Part shown: positions 26,624 to 34,464 of the stretch, piece by piece | Layout of the letters: every line of letters starts with the position of its first letter | Numbering within the stretch: position 1 is the stretch's first letter | The notes under the pieces: model-generated | Told to the model about the DNA's origin: nothing | The model's database searches: none | The model's input: only the letters and a program-made list of their open reading frames with translations | NCBI GenBank assembly: GCA_905233925.1 | Contig: CAJOFV010000003.1 | Span: forward strand, 500 to 64,499 | Direction: 5' to 3' | Source of the DNA: Paludibacteraceae bacterium | Lineage (GTDB): Bacteria > Bacteroidota > Bacteroidia > Bacteroidales > Paludibacteraceae | Length of the DNA stretch: 64,000 nucleotides | Translations under genes and position numbers: made by a program

Positions 26624-28470
26624 TTACAGTCTGTTTCCCAACGCAGTATAAATCACTCCGTCACGAATAATCAGCAAATGACCTCCCTGAATAAATTTTC
26701 GATTTGAAGATTTGAAAATTTGAGGATTTGAAGATTGTATGACTTCTTCGAGGTCAGTGGAGACTGAAGTGCCGTCGTCGCGGACGGTGATGTAATGGTT
26801 ACCAGTCTGCATGATGTCGAGCAGCTGGCGGTAGTCCCCGGGTTTGCCCTCGCCGACGTTGTTGTGAAAAATCAGGTGCATGACCATCGACTTGGCACCC
26901 TTCGCCACGGCATATTCATAGACCTTGTAGGTAATGCCGTCCTTTGTGAGTGTAGGCGGCGCTGTTTCTCCCGGCCATTTGCCGAAGAACTCTGTGTCGC
27001 CCCAGGCATAGAGGTCAAAGGTCGCCCAGGATGTTCTGTTGTCCACATAAAGGCGGTATGAATCGAAGTTGCCGTAGTTGGAATAGACTTGGTATCCTTT
27101 CGCCTCCAGATGAATGGATGGCGAAGCGGTCAGCGTGACATCAGTCGTAGTGAAGCCTGTGCTGATGGTTTTGCTGTCCAGCATGCGTGTGTATGCGCCC
27201 GCCGTAACGCCGGAGACGGTTACATCGACCGCAGAGTTGCCGAGGTTGAGCAGTACGAGGACGATGTTGTCGCCTTTGGATTTCTCGAAAGCCAGCACCG
27301 AACTGTTGTTGGTGGTCAGCACCTTCGCATCGTACCGTCCGCGAGTGCGGGAAGGGTGTGTTTGAGGGCTATAAGCGCGCGGATGGTGTTGTGAATGGGG
27401 GTGTTGACAGTGTTCCAGTCGATGCTGTTGCGGTTGAAGTAATTGAGGATTTTGGTCTGTCCGATTTCCTGTCCGGTGTAGAGGAGGGGCATTCCGCAGA
27501 AGGTGAAGTACATCACGGTAAGCGGGGCGACGTTGCTGCCGCACTTGGTGAGGTAGTTGGACGAGAAGTTGTTGCCGATGTCGTCGTGGTTGGTGATGTA
27601 GGTCATCCGGCTCATGCCGCTGTACTTCTGATTAAGGGTGTTAATCATGTTGTTGGCAGCGTCCTTGAGTGCGTTGGCCGACGTGCCTGTGCCGACGGAT
27701 TTGATGGCCTCCGCAAAGCCCCAGGCGTAGTCGTACTTGAAGCCGGTGTTGTAGTGGTTTTCCTTGACATCGTTGGAGGTGAAGTCCGCCTCTGCGAGGA
27801 ACTCGACCGTTTTGGATTTGTTATTGTTCTGCAATTCCGCAATGGCGGTTGTCCAGAAAGCTGCGCCAATGTAAGTGGACGAGACGTAGTCACAGCGGAA
27901 GCCGTCGATGTCGGCTTCGTTGACCCAGTACTTCATGGCGGCGATCATGGCGTCGTTGAGGCCTGAACCGCCCTTGTAGTTGAGCTGATAGACGTCGCCG
28001 TAGTTGTTGGGGTGCTGTATGACATTGTTCACGCGGTAGTAATACTCGGGGTGTGAGGTCGTCCAGGGGTGGTCGAGCGAGGTGTGGTTAGGCACCCAGT
28101 CGAGCCAGACTTTCATACCGAGGTCATGTGCCGTGTTGACAAACGATTTGAGGTCGTCGAGTGTACCGTGTGCGGAATTGACAGCCTGAAAATCACGCAC
28201 CGCATACGGACTTCCAAGCGAGCCTATTTTGCCTTCCACGCCTCTGGGGAATATAGGCATGAGCCAGATGATGTCGATGCCCAACTTCCGCAGGTCGGAC
28301 AGTCGCTGCTCTGCAGCAGCGAAAGTCCCCTGGGAGGTAAAGTCATAGACATTGAGTTCGTAGATGACGCGGTTATTGTCGGTAATAGGTGTGGTGTTAT
28401 CCACATTGAGCGCCGCGAAAGCCTGCGTCACGGCGAACAGCAAAGCCGGTATGAGGAGCGATTTTCTCAT
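26624..28470 (-). pseudogene. GH13 alpha-amylase with C-terminal starch-binding module and tail motif, interrupted by a frameshift near 27330-27345
   Basis: ORF 27316..28470 holds the signal peptide and GH13 regions LDWVPNHTS, GFRCDYV and ITNHDD. ORF 26624..27544 continues in another frame from YDAKVLTTNNSSVLAFEKSKGDNIVLVLLNLG, the amylase C-domain. It then carries LYAWGDTEFFGKWPGE and the tail. Confidence 0.8.
26701..26740 (-). repeat. period-8 degenerate tandem repeat, TTCAAATC family, inside the amylase pseudogene
   Basis: The plus strand reads gatttgaa gatttgaa aatttgag gatttgaa gattgtat. On the coding (minus) strand this is translated SSNPQIFKSSN. Confidence 0.9.
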
Positions 28471-28486
28471 TTTTTCATTTTCTCAT
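28468..28486 (-). repeat. period-8 AATGAGAA-family repeat forming phased ATG/TGA mini-ORFs
   Basis: The minus strand reads ATGAGAAAATGAAAAAATG. ATGs lie at 28486, 28478 and 28470. Confidence 0.9.
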
Positions 28487-29721
28487 TTTACTTCTGCGCC
28501 GGTGGCGTTATACATCTTGCCGTCGTGGATGATGAAGAGTTGGCCGTTGTGGAAGATGAGCCTACCTCTATCTCCTCCCTGAAGGGAAGAGGACTCTCCA
28601 CCGCGAATAACTTCTACACCCTCCGGTTGCGGAACAGTCGAGCAGTCCACAGAAATGAGCGGGTGCTCGTCCTGTTCCTCGATATTCTTCTGTGTCTCGG
28701 GGTTGATGGTGTAGCAGGCGTTCTCCTTGCTTGTTTTAGCCTCTGTTTTGTTGGAGGTGCCCTCTACGCCGTCGTTGAACATGAAGGTAGCATCGTCCTT
28801 AACGGTGAACTCGTACCAGTCATCAGCGAGTGCGGTCATAGGTACGCCCGGCCAAGCGGTGAACTGTGCTTGCCATGTGGCATCCTTGCTGCCCCACGCC
28901 CAGATGCTGAGACCAGCCCAGTCAGCGAGTTTCTTCACTTTGATGGTGATGTCCTTTGCGGGGTCAGAAGGAGGAGGTGTACCGCCATCCGTAGGGTCGG
29001 GCACGGAAGCGCAGTCGGTGGTAACGCTTACGTCCTGTTTGTTGGCGATGTTTTCGAGGCAGACAGCTTCCTTAACGGCATAGTCGTTTGCCTGTTCGCC
29101 GCTGCCGTTATTGTTCAGAATGAGGTTCGCGTCCGCATAAACATGGAGGCCGTACCAGTCGTCGCCGAGGCTCTGCATCTCCGTGCCGGGCCATGCGCCG
29201 AGCAGGTCAACGTCTTTCTTGCCGGTAGCCCACTCATAAGCGGCAATCTTTTCCCAGCCAGCGGGTTTCTTCACCTTGACAATCACTTTGTCAGCGGGCT
29301 GCGGGTCGGACGGTGTATCGCCGTAGGTGCCCCATTCTCCGACACTGGGTTTCTTGTCATCATCGCCCTCGTGCCAGGCTGTGATACGGAACTGGTTCTT
29401 GTCGGTCGGGATGGATGTCTCGGCACGATTCCATTCGCCGCCCCAGATGTTGGTTTCCACCTCAGGATCTGCAGGGTTCTTGCGCAGGAAAATAGCGCTT
29501 GTGGCATCGTCCTTGATGTCGGCTTTGTAGATGTTGCCATCGACTTTGGTCATCCAGTAGTCGGCAGCGTCCTCATCGCCGGTGTTCCAAACGTGGACAG
29601 CAAACACGGGGTTGTCATCGGTCGCCCAGATGTTTGCATCCAGATAAATCGTGCGCGTTGTCTGCGCGCTTACAGCCAGAGCGACGAGCGCCAAAGCTGC
29701 GAAAGTAGAGAATCTCTTCAT
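28483..29721 (-). CDS. secreted non-catalytic starch-binding protein (three WPG/aromatic modules plus C-terminal tail motif)
   Basis: 412 aa with an SPI-type signal MKRFSTFAALALVALAVSAQT (no lipobox Cys). Modules are AAYEWATGKKDVDLLGAWPGTEM and SIWAWGSKDATWQAQFTAWPGVPM. The tail is RLIFHNGQLFIIHDGKMYNATGAEVK. Confidence 0.8.
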   Translation of the reverse strand: MKRFSTFAALALVALAVSAQTTRTIYLDANIWATDDNPVFAVHVWNTGDEDAADYWMTKVDGNIYKADIKDDATSAIFLRKNPADPEVETNIWGGEWNRAETSIPTDKNQFRITAWHEGDDDKKPSVGEWGTYGDTPSDPQPADKVIVKVKKPAGWEKIAAYEWATGKKDVDLLGAWPGTEMQSLGDDWYGLHVYADANLILNNNGSGEQANDYAVKEAVCLENIANKQDVSVTTDCASVPDPTDGGTPPPSDPAKDITIKVKKLADWAGLSIWAWGSKDATWQAQFTAWPGVPMTALADDWYEFTVKDDATFMFNDGVEGTSNKTEAKTSKENACYTINPETQKNIEEQDEHPLISVDCSTVPQPEGVEVIRGGESSSLQGGDRGRLIFHNGQLFIIHDGKMYNATGAEVK

Positions 29722-29756
29722 GATTTTGTTTGATTTAAGTGGTTAATTATTAAATG

Positions 29757-31316
29757 TTATCGGAGGACAAAGACCTTGTAGCCTTTGCTTTCCATATCTA
29801 TGCTTACGCTTCCGTTATATTCGCCCTGGAGTGTGGCTTTTGCCTGTGCGGGGCCATTAGCAATCGTGCGGCTGTCAAGCACGAGCGTCGCTTCGCCCTC
29901 GGGGCAGTTGAAAATAGTGACTTTCTGCGCCTTGGAGAAGTTCAGTACAACCAGCGCTTTCTGTCCGTCTTTCTCCTTGATGTAAGCGATGGACGAGTTC
30001 TGCTCGGCAGCACTGGTCTGGAGGAAGGTCGTTTTTGGACGCTCTCCGGCTTCGCCGCTGTGGAAGCAGGCGTAACGGTGGCGGAGGGCAATGAGCGTGC
30101 GGATGGTGTTCTGAATTTTCGGGTCGGATTTGGACCAGTCAATCGGCGTGCGGTTGAAGTTGTCGGCCAAGTCGGGATAACCGATTTCCTGTCCGTTGAA
30201 GACGAGCGGCATACCGTAGAAGGTCATTTCGAGGACGGTGAGGGGCGCGAGGTTATCGCCGAGCTTGAGGATGTAGTGCGGGCGGTTGATTTTGCCGTTG
30301 CTCACTTCGCCGTCGTCGTGGTTGGTGAGATAGACCATGCGATCCATATTGTCGTAGTGGGTGTTGGAGACGAGCTGCTGGCAAGCGGTAAGCAGGGACG
30401 CCACATTGCGTGAGGTGCCAAAGGCTTGCACGTTGTCGTTGAACGCCCAGGCATAGTCGTAATCGAAGCCTCCGTCCGCCGTTCCGGCGTTGAAGAGGTG
30501 GTTATTCTCGTCGGTGTCAAAATCGGCTTCGCCCAAAAGGGTGATGTTTGCCTTGACCGTGCGGAGAGCTTTGATGCAAGCGTCCCAGAATGCGTTGTCG
30601 ATGGCAGGTGAGGAAACGAAGTCGATACGGTAGCCGTCGATGCCTGTTTCCGTAACCCAGAAGCACATCGCGTCGGTCATGGCTTTGACCATGGCGGGAT
30701 TATCGAAGTTGAGCTGGCAGACATCACTGTAGCGTGCGGAGTTGTCGGTATAACGTACGGTCTTGGGCTGTCCGCCTTCGAGGACGTAATAGTCCTTGTG
30801 GTCTTTGACCCAGACATTGTCCGGCGCGGTGTGGTTAGGCACCCAGTCGAGCCACACTTCGATGTTCACGGCGTGTGCGGCATCCACAAAATGCTTCATG
30901 TCGGCGAGTGTGCCGTGGTCGGGATTAATGGCGGTATAGTTCTGCACGGAATAGGGGCTGCCGAGCGTGCCGATTTTGGCTATGCCTCGTGAGGAATCAC
31001 CCTGTCCGCGCGGCTGAACAGGCATAAGCCAGATGATGTCGATGCCGAGTTTGGAGAGGCGTGCCAGTTGCTGTTCCGCCGCCGCGAACGTGCCCTCCGC
31101 GGTGAAGTTGTAGAGGTTGAGTTCGTAAATGACGCGGTCGCCCTTGCCGGCTGCATGGGTGTTGTCCACGTCATACGCCGTGGCATCGTCTATAGTGGTA
31201 GGTTGCTTGACTTCGTCCTTCTTGCAGCCCGGGAGGCAGACCGCCAAGGCTGTTAGAAGTGCAACCGCTAACGCTGTTAGATCGCGGCTGAAGCCGCTGT
31301 TAGATATCGTTTTCAT
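29757..31316 (-). CDS. GH13 alpha-amylase lipoprotein (SusG-like role)
   Basis: ATG 31316 gives MKTISNSGFSRDLTALAVALLTALAVCLPGCKKDE (lipobox). GH13 regions are LDWVPNHTA, GYRIDFV and LTNHDD. It is a paralogue of the 26624-28470 gene. Confidence 0.88.
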   Translation of the reverse strand: MKTISNSGFSRDLTALAVALLTALAVCLPGCKKDEVKQPTTIDDATAYDVDNTHAAGKGDRVIYELNLYNFTAEGTFAAAEQQLARLSKLGIDIIWLMPVQPRGQGDSSRGIAKIGTLGSPYSVQNYTAINPDHGTLADMKHFVDAAHAVNIEVWLDWVPNHTAPDNVWVKDHKDYYVLEGGQPKTVRYTDNSARYSDVCQLNFDNPAMVKAMTDAMCFWVTETGIDGYRIDFVSSPAIDNAFWDACIKALRTVKANITLLGEADFDTDENNHLFNAGTADGGFDYDYAWAFNDNVQAFGTSRNVASLLTACQQLVSNTHYDNMDRMVYLTNHDDGEVSNGKINRPHYILKLGDNLAPLTVLEMTFYGMPLVFNGQEIGYPDLADNFNRTPIDWSKSDPKIQNTIRTLIALRHRYACFHSGEAGERPKTTFLQTSAAEQNSSIAYIKEKDGQKALVVLNFSKAQKVTIFNCPEGEATLVLDSRTIANGPAQAKATLQGEYNGSVSIDMESKGYKVFVLR

Positions 31317-31317
31317 A

Positions 31318-32655
31318 TTACTTAACTTGCTTGTATGTTCCGTCATCGTTCAGTTCAAACCAGGCGTCATCCGTGATGTTCTTTATTTCGGCGGTCTGGT
31401 TGCCGATCGGGGCTGAAGAGAAAACAAAAGTAGCACCACGGGGCAGTTCGAAGGAGAAATAGTTACTGTCTTTCTCCTTGTCCATGAGCGAGCCCGGCCA
31501 GTCGTTCGTGTAACCGCTTGAGAAGATAAAGAGGTTCGGCCATGAAGCGGGCTGTGTGGCGTGGATAACCATGTTTCCTTCGGGCAGATCGGGCTTGATA
31601 ATATCGCCGTAGGGGTCAATCTCTTTCGGGCCGCCGTCCACGACAACCTGGATGTAATAGTCCTTGTCGAGCGTCAGTTGGATGGACTCGGGTTTGGTTT
31701 TGTCCGTGCCGTTGTTGAAAATGAGGTTAATCTTCTTGTCGTTGGCATTCGCGGGGAACTCAAAGACGTCGTACTTGTTGCCTGCCACTTCGATTTGGGT
31801 CTTGAGCGGTTTGCTTCCGGGCCATCCGCCCATGAACTCGCCGTCGCCCCAGACGTAAAGCGACATCGAGAGCCAGCCGGTGTGGTTGAGGGCGTAGAGA
31901 CGGTGTCCGACTGAGGCACCTTTCTCCTTGCAGGCGTCGTCCGTGAGCACAAGGTAGATGTCCCGTGTTATCTCGAATTGCGAAACGGCGTCTTTCTGCT
32001 GACCCGCTCCGCCGTCGTTGAGGATGAAGTTGTATGTTTTGCCGGTGTTATCGGACATGAGGTCGAAATAGGTGTATTCGACGCCGTCAATCTCCTCCGT
32101 GCCTGTCGCGGGAGTGCCTGGCCATCCGCCGAATATCTCGGGTTCGCCGTCCGCCCAGGCGTAGAGGTACAACGTTGACCAAGAACTTTGGTCTTCGACA
32201 TAAAGGACGTGGCCGTTGTGGGCGTTGAAGAACATCTCCCAGTGGGTAAGCGTGAGGTCAATCCGCTCGCCTGCTGCGGCTGTCTCGTAGTGCTTGACTT
32301 CAGTCTTTTGGTCGCTCATTTCGCGGCCGGACAAAGAACTTGTGAACCAGTAACCGTCCGCGAGGGTCTTGCCTTTGGCGAAGGTCGCAGGGTCAAGGTA
32401 AATGCCGTATTTGTAGTCCATGTATTCCGCCCGTTCAAGCTCCAGAGGCTGTCCGCCGGAGAAGGGACCCTGGATGCAAATAACGTCCTTGCTGATGGCC
32501 GTTTCCGTCGGGGCGATGATTTCAATGAGAATCTTGCCCGCCTTGGTCTCGAACTGTGGCTGCTCAATAGGGAAGACAATCTCCTCGTGCTTGCAGCCCG
32601 GGAGAAGGAGCAAGGAGCAAAGAAGGACTATAGATGATAACTTTCTCATATTCAT
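31318..32655 (-). CDS. SusE/SusF-like starch-binding outer-membrane lipoprotein
   Basis: 445 aa with lipobox LLLPGC. It has three modules: LYAWADGEPEIFGGWPGTP, LYVWGDGEFMGGWPGSK and IFSSGYTNDWPGSL. It sits directly after susD as in Sus-like loci. Confidence 0.8.
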   Translation of the reverse strand: MNMRKLSSIVLLCSLLLLPGCKHEEIVFPIEQPQFETKAGKILIEIIAPTETAISKDVICIQGPFSGGQPLELERAEYMDYKYGIYLDPATFAKGKTLADGYWFTSSLSGREMSDQKTEVKHYETAAAGERIDLTLTHWEMFFNAHNGHVLYVEDQSSWSTLYLYAWADGEPEIFGGWPGTPATGTEEIDGVEYTYFDLMSDNTGKTYNFILNDGGAGQQKDAVSQFEITRDIYLVLTDDACKEKGASVGHRLYALNHTGWLSMSLYVWGDGEFMGGWPGSKPLKTQIEVAGNKYDVFEFPANANDKKINLIFNNGTDKTKPESIQLTLDKDYYIQVVVDGGPKEIDPYGDIIKPDLPEGNMVIHATQPASWPNLFIFSSGYTNDWPGSLMDKEKDSNYFSFELPRGATFVFSSAPIGNQTAEIKNITDDAWFELNDDGTYKQVK

Positions 32656-32660
32656 AAGAC

Positions 32661-34460
32661 TTAATAATTAGGATTTTGAACCAAACCGGTGTTGACTGTC
32701 AGTGCGGTGGAGGGAAGCGGGAACCACTCGTACTTGCGGTCACGCTTTGCGGGAATCTGTGCGCCGCTTTCCATTGCGCGGCCGAAGAACCACCACTGCC
32801 CCTGTGTGAACTTGTCAAAGCGACGCAGATCTGTACGGCGGCGGCGACCCTCCGCGAGGTATTCTTTGCCCCATTCGGAAAGCAGCCAGTCCATATCAAA
32901 GGCTGTGTAGCCCGGACCCGGGATGCTGAGCGCGCTCAAGTCGGTGAAATAGCGCTGGCGGATGTTGTCCACATAGTCCTTTGCCTTGCCTGCCTCGCCT
33001 TTGCGCATCGCGCACTCGGCAAGCATGAGGTAAACCTCCGCGAGGCGGAACTCGACTTCGTCAATGTCCTGATAGTCCTGCGCGAACTGCTCGGGCATAA
33101 TCGGATAACGCACAAGCCGTACGCCGGAGTTTGTTTCGCCCCAGCGCGGCGACATGACGTCTTCGAGGTTGCGTCCGCGGTTGAGGAAAGTGCCGACTTG
33201 ATCGACATAAACGAGTGGCTGTCCGTCGCGGTCTGCATCGGCTTTGAGGGCAGCGCCTGTGCCGAAGTTCTCGCGTATCTCGCCTATCAGGAAAATGCCT
33301 TCGTAGGTGCCGTCAGCGTGCACGACATAGTTCTGCTTGCGGATGTCGCGGTCATCAAAGCGCTCATAGACGGCGCCCAGCTTGTCGCCATAGTCCGTGA
33401 GGAAAGATTTCGGGTTGGTCGTTCCGCCGTTGGGGCGCTTGTTGCCGGAGTTGTCCCACGAGGGTGCCAAGCAGACGCAGTTCCATCCGGACTGGTCGTA
33501 ACTGGCACCGAAATAGTCTTTGTAATTATAGGGCAGGAAGGGCATGTCTCGCATCCAGCCGGTGTTGAGGTGCCCCACCTCTTCAGGCATAGCAAACACC
33601 ACTTCGGGGCAGCTTGTGTTGGTAATCGAATAGATGTCGCGGTAGTCGGTTGCCAGGCTGTAGGAGCCGTACGTACCCTTGACAATCTGCTCGCAGAGCG
33701 TGGCGCATTCGGTGAACTTCTCTTGTCCGATGAAGACATTGGCATTAAGTAGCATGCGCGCTTTGAGGATACGATTAACGCCCTGGTTCATGCGGTTGCG
33801 GGTGGCGTTGCTGCCGTCTTCTTTGGGCAGAGCAGCGTTACAGTCGTCCAGTTCCGAGCAGATGAAGTCATAAATAGTTTTGCAGCCGGCGGCAAAGCCT
33901 TTTTCCGCGGAGGCAGAAGGCGGGAGCGCCGTCTCGGAAGATGAGGGACCTGTGCACAGAGGCAGGGAACCGCCCCATATCTCATATATATTATAATACG
34001 CCCACGCGCGCAGCGTGCGTACTTCGGCTTCGTACTGCAGGAAGAGGTCATCGGTCATTTGCAGGTCATTCGGGTCGAGTTTGCTCATGTCATCAAGCAG
34101 TTGGTTGCACATGGCAATGGTCATCCATGCGTTTTCCCACGCCTGACGGATAATCGTTGCCTCGGGACTCCAACTCTGGGTGGAGATAACGAATTTGTCG
34201 CCTTCGTCATATCCCCATCCGCCGCCGTTCCAACTGCGCCAGGCAACCTGGTCACCACTGAACTCCTGCAGGTAGAAGAAATACTCCTGATAACTATGTG
34301 CGGCTTTGTCATAAATAGCCGCGATGGCACTTTGAATACTGCGTTCGTTCTTGTAGAAATCGCCTGCATCAATACGGTCGTACATCTGCTCGTCAAGGTT
34401 GAAGCAGCCCGTGAGCATCAGCATTACCGCCGCCAAACAAATATATATCGTCTTTCTCAT
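32661..34460 (-). CDS. SusD/RagB family nutrient-binding outer-membrane lipoprotein
   Basis: 599 aa with lipobox LMLTGC. It has a TPR-like SusD N-terminal pattern and the C-terminal TALTVNTGLVQNPNY. It lies immediately downstream of susC. Confidence 0.92.
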   Translation of the reverse strand: MRKTIYICLAAVMLMLTGCFNLDEQMYDRIDAGDFYKNERSIQSAIAAIYDKAAHSYQEYFFYLQEFSGDQVAWRSWNGGGWGYDEGDKFVISTQSWSPEATIIRQAWENAWMTIAMCNQLLDDMSKLDPNDLQMTDDLFLQYEAEVRTLRAWAYYNIYEIWGGSLPLCTGPSSSETALPPSASAEKGFAAGCKTIYDFICSELDDCNAALPKEDGSNATRNRMNQGVNRILKARMLLNANVFIGQEKFTECATLCEQIVKGTYGSYSLATDYRDIYSITNTSCPEVVFAMPEEVGHLNTGWMRDMPFLPYNYKDYFGASYDQSGWNCVCLAPSWDNSGNKRPNGGTTNPKSFLTDYGDKLGAVYERFDDRDIRKQNYVVHADGTYEGIFLIGEIRENFGTGAALKADADRDGQPLVYVDQVGTFLNRGRNLEDVMSPRWGETNSGVRLVRYPIMPEQFAQDYQDIDEVEFRLAEVYLMLAECAMRKGEAGKAKDYVDNIRQRYFTDLSALSIPGPGYTAFDMDWLLSEWGKEYLAEGRRRRTDLRRFDKFTQGQWWFFGRAMESGAQIPAKRDRKYEWFPLPSTALTVNTGLVQNPNY

Positions 34461-34464
34461 AGCA

